Part shown: piece after piece, positions 49,624 to 58,330 of the stretch
How positions within the stretch are numbered: the first letter of the stretch is position 1
How the letters are laid out: each line of letters starts with the position of its first letter
NCBI GenBank assembly: GCA_963781755.1
Contig: CAWAGZ010000013.1
Coordinates: forward strand, 65,749 to 129,748
Direction of reading: 5' to 3'
Source: an uncultured Acidobacteriota bacterium
GTDB lineage: Bacteria; Acidobacteriota; Thermoanaerobaculia; Multivoradales; JAGPDF01
Length of the DNA stretch: 64,000 nucleotides
Made by a program: the position numbers and the translations under genes
Notes under the pieces: model-generated
Database searches by the model: none
What the model saw: the letters and a program-made list of their open reading frames with translations, nothing else
What the model was told of the DNA's origin: nothing

Positions 49624-51420
49624 ATGATTCGTTCTCTGCACCGCCTCGGCTATTCTCTGCGGCGCCGCCTCGCCGGCCGGATGCCGGTCTCGCTCGTGGT
49701 GGCGCCCGCCAGCTGCGTCCGGCTGCCCGTCGGCCTGCTCGATCCCTGGCGCAGCGCCCGGATCCTCTCCTTCCTGGAGGACGGCGGCCTGGCCGACGTG
49801 CGGCACGCGCGCCGGGCCGCGCCCGCCCGGACCGACGATCTCGGACGGGTCCACGACTTCGACTACCTCGAGGCCCTGGAACGGCCCGGCTTCAGCGAGC
49901 GCATCTTCGGCGTCCGCCTCGGGGAGCAGCTCGAGCAGTGCGTGCTCGACGCCCACCGGGGCCAGGTCGGAGCGACCTCGCTCGCGACGCGACTGGCGCT
50001 CGACCACCACGGCATCGCGGTCCACGCCGGCGGCGGCTTCCACCACGCGCGCCGCGACCGCGGCGCCGGGTTCTGTCTGTTCAACGACGTCGCCATCGCG
50101 ATCGCCCGGCAGCGCGGCCGGGGCTTCGGGGACCGGGTCGCGGTCCTCGACTTCGACCTCCACGACGGCGACGGCACGCGCACGATCTTCGCCGCCGACC
50201 CCTCGGTCCACACCTACTCGGTCCACAACCGCGCGTGGGAGGACGATTCGGCGATCGAGTCGACCTCGATCGAGCTGGGCAGCGGCGTCGAGGACGCCCG
50301 CTACCTCGACACGGTGCGGAACACGTTGCCGCCTCTGCTCGACCGTTTCCGGCCCGGGCTGGCCTTCTTCCTCGCCGGGGTCGACACCGCCGAGGACGAC
50401 GCCCTCGGCGACTGGAAGGTCTCCGCCGGAGCGCTGGTCGAGCGCGACCGGCTGGTCCTCGACGAGCTGGAGCGCCGCCGGGTGCCGACGGTGATCGTCC
50501 TGGCCGGCGGCTACGGCGACGACGCCTGGCGCCATTCGGCGCGCTCGCTGTCCCGGACCTTCTCGGGCGGCGCGGTGATCGAGCCCCCGACCACCGCCGC
50601 GGCACTGATGACGCGCTTCCGCCAGCTCGCGCGCGAGCTCTCGGCGACCGAGCTGGGCCAGGCCGACGAAGGGATCCTGACCACCGAGGACCTGGAGGAG
50701 GCGCTCGGCGTGGGGCCGTCCCGGAGGCTCCTCGGCTTCTACACCCGCGCCGGAATCGAGCTGGCGCTCGAGCGCCTGGGCTACTTCCAGGCGTTGCGGG
50801 AGCTCGGCTTCGACTCCCCGACGGTCGAGCTCGAGGCCGGCGGCGCCGACGGCGACACGATGCGCATCTTCGGGTCGCCGGCGCGCGACGAGCTCCTGCT
50901 GGAGCTGCGCGCGCGGCGCGATCGCAGCCTGCTGCCCGGCTTCGAGCTGATCTGGCTCGAGTGGCTCCTGCTCCAGAATCCGCGCGTCCCGTTCAGCGCC
51001 GAACGGCCGCCGCTGCCCGGCCAGAGCCACCCGGGACTCGGCATGCTGCGCGAGACGATGGCCGCACTCGTCCTGGTCTGCGACCGCCTCCACCTCGACG
51101 GCATCGGCATCACGGCGTCCCACTTCCACCCCGCCGCCCAGTCGCTCGGCGAGATGCGCTTCCTGGATCCGGCCGACGAGCCGCTGTTCCGGGCGCTCGG
51201 ACAGGCGGTCCGGGGTCTGCCGCTGGCCGCGGCCTGCGCCGCGATCGAACAGGACGGGCTGGCCGACGCGGCGACCGGCGAGGTCTTCTCCTGGCGTCCC
51301 TTCGCGATGGTCCTGCCCGTGTCCGAGGCCCTGCGCCAACGCTTCGAGGCGCCCGACTACCGCGAGATCGCCGAGCGCCCCGGACCCCGGCTGGAGCTGC
51401 GGACCCGCGGCTCCGGCTGA
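49624..51420 (+). CDS. Histone-deacetylase-family (HDAC/AcuC-like) enzyme with a ~280-aa C-terminal extension of unknown function.
   Basis: HAGGGFHHARRDRGAGFCLFNDVAIA and DFDLHDGDGT, the HDAC metal/catalytic motifs. The C-terminal half (LGFYTRAGIELALERLGYF...) has no recognisable domain. Confidence 0.8.
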   Translation: MIRSLHRLGYSLRRRLAGRMPVSLVVAPASCVRLPVGLLDPWRSARILSFLEDGGLADVRHARRAAPARTDDLGRVHDFDYLEALERPGFSERIFGVRLGEQLEQCVLDAHRGQVGATSLATRLALDHHGIAVHAGGGFHHARRDRGAGFCLFNDVAIAIARQRGRGFGDRVAVLDFDLHDGDGTRTIFAADPSVHTYSVHNRAWEDDSAIESTSIELGSGVEDARYLDTVRNTLPPLLDRFRPGLAFFLAGVDTAEDDALGDWKVSAGALVERDRLVLDELERRRVPTVIVLAGGYGDDAWRHSARSLSRTFSGGAVIEPPTTAAALMTRFRQLARELSATELGQADEGILTTEDLEEALGVGPSRRLLGFYTRAGIELALERLGYFQALRELGFDSPTVELEAGGADGDTMRIFGSPARDELLLELRARRDRSLLPGFELIWLEWLLLQNPRVPFSAERPPLPGQSHPGLGMLRETMAALVLVCDRLHLDGIGITASHFHPAAQSLGEMRFLDPADEPLFRALGQAVRGLPLAAACAAIEQDGLADAATGEVFSWRPFAMVLPVSEALRQRFEAPDYREIAERPGPRLELRTRGSG

Positions 51421-51433
51421 CCGGTTGCCGGGC

Positions 51434-52885
51434 TCAGTCGCGCTCCAGGACCATGGCCAGGCCGTGGCCGCCCGCGGCGCACACCGAGATGAGGCCGAAC
51501 TTGGCGTTGCGGCGGCCCATCTCGTCGAGCAGCTGGATCGTCAACCGCGCTCCGGTGGCGCCGAACGGGTGCCCGAGCGCGATCGAGCCTCCGGCGACGT
51601 TCCAGCGCTCCAGGTCGACCTCGCCCACGGGCTCGGTGCGGTGCAGCTCCTCGCGCGCGAACTTGCGCGACGCGAAGGCCTTGAGGTTGGACAGCACCTG
51701 CGCCGCGAAGGCCTCGTGCATCTCGACCAGGTCGATGTCGGCGAGCGTCAGGCCCGCCCGCTCGAGGGCCAGCGGCACGGCGTAGGCCGGCCCCTGGAGC
51801 AGCTGTCCGCCGGGCGGCAGGGCGTAGTAGGCCCACGAGCGGATGAAGCCGAGCGGCGGGCGCTCGAGCGCCCGCGCGCGCTTCTCGCTCATCAGGACCA
51901 CCGCGGCTCCGCCGTCGGTGATCGGTGAGGAGTTGCCGGCGGTCAGGGTGCCGTGGCGCCGGTCGAAGACGGGTCGCAGCGTGGCGAGCGCCTCGAGCGA
52001 GGTGTCCGCCCGGATCCCGTTGTCCTCGGTCACCGCCCGGTCGTAGCGGGGCGGCGGGAAGACCGGCACGATCTGTCCCGCGAATCTCCCCTCGGCGCGG
52101 GCCGCGGCCGCGCGCTGGTGCGAGAGCAGCGCGATCTCGTCCTGCGCGGCGCGCGCGACTCCATTCTCCTTGGCCATCTTCTCGCACGCCTGGCCCATCG
52201 TCATACCGGTGCTGAACTCGGCGATCGCCGGCGGCACGGGCGCGAAGTCGCGCGGCCGGAAGGAAGCGATCGCCGACAGCCGCGCCCCCAGGCTGCGGGC
52301 GCGGGCCAGCGCCTGGAACTTCGCCGCCGCCCGCCGGTTGAACTGGAGCGGGACGTTGGACAGCGACTCGGCCCCGCCGGCCAGCACCACCTCGGCTTCG
52401 CCGAGCAGGATCGCCTCGGCGCCCGACGTGATCGCCCGGTTCGACGAGGCGCACGCCAGATTGACGCTGGAGGCCGGGATCGACGTCGGCAAGGCCGCCC
52501 GGAAGATCGCCTCGCGGCCGAGGTTCGGACCGTGGAGGGCGGGAACGACGCAACCGAAGATCGCGAGCTGGATCCTCTCCGGCTCGATCCCGGAGCGCGC
52601 GGCCGCCTCCCCTGCCGCGATTCCCGCCAGGTCGATCACGTCCAGCTCCCTGAGGTCGCTGAGCGCGCGGGCGAACGGGGTCCGGGCGCCGGCCACCACG
52701 GCGACGCGGCCGTTGGGGCCGTAGAGCTTCTGCCGGCCGACCTGGTGCGCGGCCGGGAAGCCGGGGCCGACGCCGCCGGTCGCCACGGAGTCGGCGCGGG
52801 ACCGGATCTCCTCCAGGATGGCAGTGGTGGAAGGGGCTGTCCGGGGGGTCTCGGGTGCCTCGGAACGGGGGTTCGTCGGGGTCAT
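51434..52885 (-). CDS. Acetyl-CoA C-acyltransferase (thiolase).
   Basis: Catalytic Cys region SVNLACASSNRAI, C-terminal GHPFGATGARL and CAAGGHGLAMVLE. ATG at 52883-85 preferred over the track GTG (52894). Confidence 0.85.
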   Translation of the reverse strand: MTPTNPRSEAPETPRTAPSTTAILEEIRSRADSVATGGVGPGFPAAHQVGRQKLYGPNGRVAVVAGARTPFARALSDLRELDVIDLAGIAAGEAAARSGIEPERIQLAIFGCVVPALHGPNLGREAIFRAALPTSIPASSVNLACASSNRAITSGAEAILLGEAEVVLAGGAESLSNVPLQFNRRAAAKFQALARARSLGARLSAIASFRPRDFAPVPPAIAEFSTGMTMGQACEKMAKENGVARAAQDEIALLSHQRAAAARAEGRFAGQIVPVFPPPRYDRAVTEDNGIRADTSLEALATLRPVFDRRHGTLTAGNSSPITDGGAAVVLMSEKRARALERPPLGFIRSWAYYALPPGGQLLQGPAYAVPLALERAGLTLADIDLVEMHEAFAAQVLSNLKAFASRKFAREELHRTEPVGEVDLERWNVAGGSIALGHPFGATGARLTIQLLDEMGRRNAKFGLISVCAAGGHGLAMVLERD

Positions 52886-52910
52886 CGGGGGCACTCCTCG
52901 GAGTGCCCTT

Positions 52911-53552
52911 CTACCACTCGCCGTCGGGCCACGTCACCACCTCGACGTGCCCACCCAGACGGCCGACCCGCTCCGCCAGACCGCGCGCGGCTGCCGCGTC
53001 GTCCACCACCAGGGCGCGCAGCCGGGCCAGACGGCGACGCAGCCAGCGGCTGCGGAACACCCGCGGCGCCGACGCCTCGAAGTCCACGAGCAGGCTCTCG
53101 AGCTCCGCCGCCGGTCCGACGAGCAGCGTCGGGCGCGCCCAGGCGAAGGTCGACGGAGGCAACGGCTCGGCCGGCTCGCGCAGCACCGCCCAGCCGCCGA
53201 GCAGGGCGGCGAGCGCGGTGTCCACCTCGGCGGCGGCAGCCAGCGGGCGCCAGGAGATCCAGACGTCGCGCGCGGGCGCCGGGCCGAGGCGGTCGAGCAG
53301 GCGGCGGGCACGTCCCGCCGCGCTTTCGCCCGCGGCCAGCAGCGCCGCGAGCAGCTCGCGGGGAACGACGGCGTCGGCCTCGGGCGGCGGCGCCTCCGCG
53401 GCCGCGGAGACCCGCTCGCTCTCGCGCCGGGCGCGCTCGAACGACCACCAGCGGAAGTGGCCGCGTCCGTCGCGGTAGAAGAGGAAGGGGTCCTCCGGGC
53501 TGGCCTCCGCGCGCGAGCGCAGCTCGCGGGCAGCGACCGGTCTCGATTCCAC
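52911..53552 (-). CDS. Hypothetical protein.
   Basis: Natural-looking composition in the first ~100 aa; no motif recognised; lies between the PHA-system gene and the thiolase. Confidence 0.35.
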   Translation of the reverse strand: MESRPVAARELRSRAEASPEDPFLFYRDGRGHFRWWSFERARRESERVSAAAEAPPPEADAVVPRELLAALLAAGESAAGRARRLLDRLGPAPARDVWISWRPLAAAAEVDTALAALLGGWAVLREPAEPLPPSTFAWARPTLLVGPAAELESLLVDFEASAPRVFRSRWLRRRLARLRALVVDDAAAARGLAERVGRLGGHVEVVTWPDGEW

Positions 53553-53568
53553 GTCGGCGCCCGCGGGC

Positions 53569-53847
53569 TCAGCCGGCGGCGCTGCGCAAGGCGTCGCCGA
53601 CCTTCTTCTCGATCACGCTCCGCATCATGCTGGCGGGCGGGCCGAGCCGGGCGCGCCCGACCAGTTTGCCGTCCTCGAGCACGATGCTCCCTTCGGCGCC
53701 GGCCCCCGAGAGCCGCAGAACCTCCCCCTCCCACGTCCGGCGCAGCATGCCGCCGGGGAACTCCTTGTGGAGGGCGGCGTCGAGCGCCGGCCGGAGCTCT
53801 GCCATGGTGGACCGGGTCGTCGCCACCTCGATGATCACCTCGCTCAT
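53569..53847 (-). CDS. Small polyhydroxyalkanoic-acid-system family protein (TIGR02610-like, ~92 aa).
   Basis: The only natural-looking part of the spurious 1546-aa track ORF 53569..58209: MSEVIIEVATTRSTMAELRPALDAALHKEFPGGMLRRTWEGEVLRLSGAGAEGSIVLEDGKLVGRARLG...IEKKVGDAL. Pattern recalled from memory. Confidence 0.45.
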   Translation of the reverse strand: MSEVIIEVATTRSTMAELRPALDAALHKEFPGGMLRRTWEGEVLRLSGAGAEGSIVLEDGKLVGRARLGPPASMMRSVIEKKVGDALRSAAG

Positions 53848-53901
53848 GACGGCGGAGTCTACCCCGCGCCCAGCACGACTCTTGCTTCCGTTCGTGAGAC
53901 G

Positions 53902-55692
53902 ATGACTGGCGTGAGGTCCTGGCTGCGGATCCCGACCGCGTTGCTCGCGCTGGATCTGTTGCTCGCCGGAAGTCTCTGGGCCCAGACCCCGCGTCCGCGG
54001 GGCGCGGGTTCGGACACCCGGCGCGGCGACGACGCCCAGACCGGACCGGCGCGGCCGCGCGACGAGCTGTTCGACAAGAGCCTCCAGGCGGCGGTCGAAG
54101 CCCTCAAGGTCTACGGCCGCTGGGACTCGCCGGCCGATCTCCGGCGCGTCACCGAGATCGGCTACCGCGTCGCCCAGGAGTCGGGCTTCCGCGACTACCC
54201 GATCACCTTCTGCCTGATCGACATGACCGAGCCGAACGCCTTCGCCCTGCCGGCGGGCGAGGTCTTCGTCACCCGCGGGATGCTCGCGCTCGGGCTGGAC
54301 GACGACGAGCTGGCGGCGCTGCTCGGACACGAGATCGCCCACGTCGTTCACCGGCACAGCGTCCGCATGCAGCGGCGCGCGACACTGCTCAACGTCCTGA
54401 CCCAAGCGCTCATGGTCGGCGTCATGGTCGGCGCGGACCACAGCTACCGGCCGCCGCCGGTGCCCGATCCCTACGGCGTCAGCAAGCCCGCGCCCGGCTC
54501 CGGCGATCTGGTCTTCGGCAGCTACGCCGCCAGCCTGATCCTGGGCGAGCTGCTCATGCGCAGCTACTCGCGTGAGTTCGAGGACGAAGCCGACCAGGAC
54601 GGGCAGCGCTGGGCCGCCGCCGCGGGCTTCGCGCCCGACGGCGCGGCGAAGCTGATGGACCTGCTCGGATCCCGCCTCCCCGAATCGAAGGACTACGGCT
54701 ACTGGCGCACCCACCCCTTCTTCACCGAGCGGATCGGAGCGGCGCAGGCCCGCGGCCGCGACCTGGCCCGCGGCACCGAGAAGCCGACCGCCGAGTTCCG
54801 CGGCTGGACCCAGGGCAAGGTGCTCGACCTCGGCGCCGACCAGCCGCCGACCACCGACGCGGGCAAGCTCATCCAGCGTGTCGCGCTCGCCGCCTGGCCA
54901 CGCGGGGCGGAAGCCGACCGGCTGCGGATCGAGCGTATCCACCGGATCCGCGACGCCGCGCTGGACCAGAACGCGGAGTCGCGCGACTACGGCTCGCTGC
55001 TGCAGGACTACGATCGCGAGATCGCCGAGGTGTCCGACCTCGAACCCACGAGCTCTCTGATCGGGACGCTGCGCGGCGAGCGGGAGACGCTGGCCGCCGC
55101 GTGCCGGGACCTCTACCCCAAAGCGCGCGAGATCTGGAACGGCGGGATCTACCAGACCGCCTTCCTGGAGGCGTACCTCTCCAACTGGCCGAAATCGCCC
55201 GAGGTTCCCGACGTCGCGCTGGCCCTGGGCGAGGCCTACGGCCGCACGGAGCGGCAGACCGACGCCGTCGCGATGTTCCTGCGCGCGGTCGAGGCCGGTC
55301 CCGGGACGCCGGCCGGCGAGAAAGCCCTGCGCGGGCTGCGCAACCTGGCTCCCAACCTCGATCAGCTCACCGCCCTGGCCGAGCTCAGCGGCCTCGAGCA
55401 CGACCCCGAGCTGGCGCGGCTCGCCGGCGAGCGGCTGGCCGCGCTCGCCGGCAGCTACTCGGACCTGGCCGCCGGGGCCGCCTACCTCCAGAAGTACCCC
55501 GACGGCGAGTACGTCGAGAAGGTCAACGCGCGGCTGAACGTGCTGGCCGAGAACCTCTACGGCGAGGTCGTCCTCTACCAGAGCGTCGGCGACCACATCC
55601 GCGCCATCGACCGGATCCAGAAGATCCTCACCTCCGCTCCGGCCTCCCCCGCCGCCCACAAGCTGCTCGAGCACGCCGTCCTGCCCAGCTGA
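53902..55692 (+). CDS. Secreted M48-family zinc metalloprotease with a C-terminal TPR-like domain.
   Basis: Signal peptide; HEIAHVVHRH (HExxH) and downstream Glu; helical repeats after residue ~300. Start at the internal MTGVRSWL of the track ORF. Confidence 0.8.
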   Translation: MTGVRSWLRIPTALLALDLLLAGSLWAQTPRPRGAGSDTRRGDDAQTGPARPRDELFDKSLQAAVEALKVYGRWDSPADLRRVTEIGYRVAQESGFRDYPITFCLIDMTEPNAFALPAGEVFVTRGMLALGLDDDELAALLGHEIAHVVHRHSVRMQRRATLLNVLTQALMVGVMVGADHSYRPPPVPDPYGVSKPAPGSGDLVFGSYAASLILGELLMRSYSREFEDEADQDGQRWAAAAGFAPDGAAKLMDLLGSRLPESKDYGYWRTHPFFTERIGAAQARGRDLARGTEKPTAEFRGWTQGKVLDLGADQPPTTDAGKLIQRVALAAWPRGAEADRLRIERIHRIRDAALDQNAESRDYGSLLQDYDREIAEVSDLEPTSSLIGTLRGERETLAAACRDLYPKAREIWNGGIYQTAFLEAYLSNWPKSPEVPDVALALGEAYGRTERQTDAVAMFLRAVEAGPGTPAGEKALRGLRNLAPNLDQLTALAELSGLEHDPELARLAGERLAALAGSYSDLAAGAAYLQKYPDGEYVEKVNARLNVLAENLYGEVVLYQSVGDHIRAIDRIQKILTSAPASPAAHKLLEHAVLPS

Positions 55693-55800
55693 TCCGCGAG
55701 ACCGCGGCGCCGCGATCCGTCCCCATCTCCGACGGAACGGCCCGACGCGTCCGTGACCGCTTTGGTCGCGGCGGGACGCGGGCCGGTCCCGGAGGTGTCG

Positions 55801-56322
55801 ATGCCGGATTCGAGCCGCTTCCTCCGACCTGCGCTGGCGCTCGCCCTGGCGGCGCTCGCGGCCTCGCTCGCGACCTCCGCGCCGGCTTCGGCCGGCACCC
55901 TGGTCCTGCGCCGCGGCGGCTGGATCCGCACGCGCGGGCCCTGGCGCCGGATGGGCGACCGGATCCGCTTCCGCTCGATGCAGGGCCAGCTGCGCTCGCT
56001 CGCCGCCGACGAGGTGGACCTGGCGGCCAGCGGCGACGTCGCGCCCGAGCCGGGCGACCGCGAGATCCGCGACTACCCGGACGGCCGCTGGCGGCCGATC
56101 CCTTCCCGTCCCCGCGGGCCGGCACCGGACACGCCTCCGGCGACCACTCCGCGCCGCCCCGCTCCCGTCTGTCGCCTGGAGAGCGTCGAGCGCGGCCAGC
56201 CGCCGCGGCTGACCTGCGATCCGGGCCGCGAGCCACCGGTGCGTCCGCGCCCGGATCACGGCGGGGACGGTCCGTCCCCGGACGGGGCGGATTCCGCCGC
56301 TGCGCACCGCGACACCCCTTGA
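55801..56322 (+). CDS. Hypothetical secreted Pro/Arg-rich protein.
   Basis: Signal peptide LALALAALAASLATSAPASAG; low-complexity C-terminus; weak. Confidence 0.3.
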   Translation: MPDSSRFLRPALALALAALAASLATSAPASAGTLVLRRGGWIRTRGPWRRMGDRIRFRSMQGQLRSLAADEVDLAASGDVAPEPGDREIRDYPDGRWRPIPSRPRGPAPDTPPATTPRRPAPVCRLESVERGQPPRLTCDPGREPPVRPRPDHGGDGPSPDGADSAAAHRDTP

Positions 56323-56385
56323 GATCGGGAGGCCGCTCCGGTACCGTCGCGCCTTCCCCAACGACGTCCCGACCCGGGAGGCCCG

Positions 56386-57939
56386 ATGCAGATCCGGACC
56401 CTGTCGCACCCCTTCGTGCCTGCTTTCGTGGCCGGCTGCCTGCTCCTCGCTCCGTCGCTGAGGGCCGCGGAGCCGACCGGCGACGAGGCGGCGGCGGAGG
56501 CGGCGAAGCCTCCCGTCGCCGAGCAGTCGGTGACCGAGCACCGGGTGACGATCGGCGGCCGGACGATCGCCTACCGGGCGACCGCCGGAACCCTGATCCT
56601 GCGCAACGACGCCGACGAGCCGATCGCCAGCGTCGGCTACTTCGCCTACGTCGCCACCGGCGGGAGCGACCCCGCGGCCCGCCCGATCACGTTCGCCTTC
56701 AACGGCGGACCCGGCTCGTCCTCGATCTGGTTGCACATGGGAGCGCTGGGACCGCGGCGGGTCGTGACGACGGACGCCGGGGCGACGCCGCCGGCTCCGT
56801 ACGGCGTCGTCGACAACGCCGAGAGCCTGCTCGACGTCACCGACCTGGTGATGATCGACCCGGTGGGCACCGGCTTCAGCAAGGCCGAGGGCAAGTCCGC
56901 CGACAAGGACTTCTGGGGGGTCGATCCCGACATCGACGAGGTCACCCGGTTCATCGTCCAGTACGTGACCGACAACGGGCGCTGGAACTCGCCCAAGTTC
57001 CTGCTCGGCGAGAGCTACGGCACGACCCGCGGCGCCGGCATCGTGGACCTCCTCCAGCAGCGCTGGAACCTGGCCCTCAACGGCGTCGTCCTGGTCTCGA
57101 CGGCGATCGACCTCGAGTCGATCTTCGAGTGGACCGGCAACGAACGCCCGTACGCGATGTTCGTCCCGACCTTCGCGGCGACGGCCTGGTATCACCACGC
57201 GCTGCCCGCCGAGCACCCGGACCTCGCGAGCTTCCTCGACGAGGTCCGCGCTTGGGCGCTGGGCCCGTACAACGACGCGCTGATGCAGGGCGACCGCCTG
57301 CCGGCCGACCGGCGCACGGCGATCCTCGACCAGCTCCACGAATACACCGGCTTGTCGAAGGAGTACCTCGACCGCGCCGACCTGCGGGTGACGGAAGGAG
57401 AGTTCACCCACGAGCTGCTGCTCGAGCACCGCCGGACGGTGGGCCGGCTGGACTCCCGCTTCCTCGGGGTCTCGTTCGACCCGATGGCCAAGGAGGCCGA
57501 GTCGGACCCGCAGTCGGACGCGATCTCGTCCGCCTTCACCGCCGCGTTCCAGAGCTATCTCAAGGACGAGCTGAAGTTCGGCGCCGGCCGCACCTACCGG
57601 GTCGGCAACGACGAGGTCTTCAAGCACTGGAAGTTCGAGCACAAGTCGCCCGGGATGCCGTTCCCGATGCCGATGGTCAACACCGGCCCGGACCTCGCCC
57701 ACGCCCTGGGCGCGAATCCGAACCTCAAGGTCCTGGTGCTCCAGGGCACCTTCGACCTGGCGACGCCGTTCCTCGCCACCGAGTACACCTTCTCGCATCT
57801 CGGCATCGAGCCGTCCGAGCGCGACCGCATCGAGATCCGCTACTTCCCCGCCGGCCACATGATGTACATCGAGCCGGGGTCGCTGCCCAACTTCAAGTCC
57901 GCCATCGCCGACTTCATGACGCGCTCGATCCACCCCTGA
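56386..57939 (+). CDS. Secreted S10-family serine carboxypeptidase.
   Basis: Signal peptide; FNGGPGSSS, catalytic GESYG, and the distal Asp/His region (DLATP...FPAGHMMY). Confidence 0.85.
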   Translation: MQIRTLSHPFVPAFVAGCLLLAPSLRAAEPTGDEAAAEAAKPPVAEQSVTEHRVTIGGRTIAYRATAGTLILRNDADEPIASVGYFAYVATGGSDPAARPITFAFNGGPGSSSIWLHMGALGPRRVVTTDAGATPPAPYGVVDNAESLLDVTDLVMIDPVGTGFSKAEGKSADKDFWGVDPDIDEVTRFIVQYVTDNGRWNSPKFLLGESYGTTRGAGIVDLLQQRWNLALNGVVLVSTAIDLESIFEWTGNERPYAMFVPTFAATAWYHHALPAEHPDLASFLDEVRAWALGPYNDALMQGDRLPADRRTAILDQLHEYTGLSKEYLDRADLRVTEGEFTHELLLEHRRTVGRLDSRFLGVSFDPMAKEAESDPQSDAISSAFTAAFQSYLKDELKFGAGRTYRVGNDEVFKHWKFEHKSPGMPFPMPMVNTGPDLAHALGANPNLKVLVLQGTFDLATPFLATEYTFSHLGIEPSERDRIEIRYFPAGHMMYIEPGSLPNFKSAIADFMTRSIHP

Positions 57940-58147
57940 CCGCGGCCCGCGATCAGGAGTCGCAGGCGGCAAGAAGCCGGGCGTCGCAAAGAGGCGAAGC
58001 AGAAGCCGCAAAGCATCCAAAGAAGGGAAGGACGGGCGCGGATCGGCCGCTCGCGCCTGCCGTCCGGCGAGGAGCGGCCCGCACCGCCCCTCCCGTTTCA
58101 GAAGAACGTCTTCGGCTTCTGGCCCTCGTTGCGTCGGACGGGTGATG

Positions 58148-58211
58148 TGGTGGCCAGGGGCGGAGTTGAACCGCCGACACCGCCAGGGGCGGAGTTGAAC
58201 CGCCGACACCG
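58148..58211 (-). repeat. Tandem 29-bp direct repeats of a tRNA 3'-end-like sequence (T-arm GGCGG-TTCAACT-CCGCC + partial acceptor); the lower-coordinate copy ends in the acceptor CCTGGCC-A-CCA. Putative att site(s) of the adjacent integrase element.
   Basis: Plus strand TGGTGG + CCAGGGGCGGAGTTGAACCGCCGACACCG twice (58154..58182 and 58183..58211). No D or anticodon arm follows, so there is no intact tRNA. The 12-mer CCGACACCGTGA recurs at 58396. Confidence 0.6.
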
Positions 58212-58330
58212 TGATTTTCAGTTCGTGCCGGGCGCGTTGCTCAACGTTTCGTGACGTTGACGCGACGGGTAGCTCGATCCCGTCCTATATACCTCTTGCA
58301 ACGTCTATAGCGGTCTGATACCGTGACTGC

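Noticed and set aside
53569-58209. A 1546-aa minus-strand ORF and many other very long ORFs (e.g. 6917..9715 +, 18945..22121 +, 30148..33609 -, 39141..42203 -, 46268..49231 -, 49096..51339 -).
   Set aside because: Extremely Arg/Gly/Pro-rich, no motifs, and lying antisense or out of frame to well-supported genes. These are typical stop-poor alternative frames in ~70% GC DNA. Only the last 93 codons of 53569..58209 look like a real small gene.
58154-58211. The tandem 29-bp repeats were considered as a possible CRISPR array or an intact tRNA gene.
   Set aside because: There are only two abutting copies with no spacers and no cas genes. The sequence has a T-arm/acceptor/CCA but no D or anticodon arm on either strand, so it is a tRNA 3' fragment (att-type repeat), not a tRNA or CRISPR.
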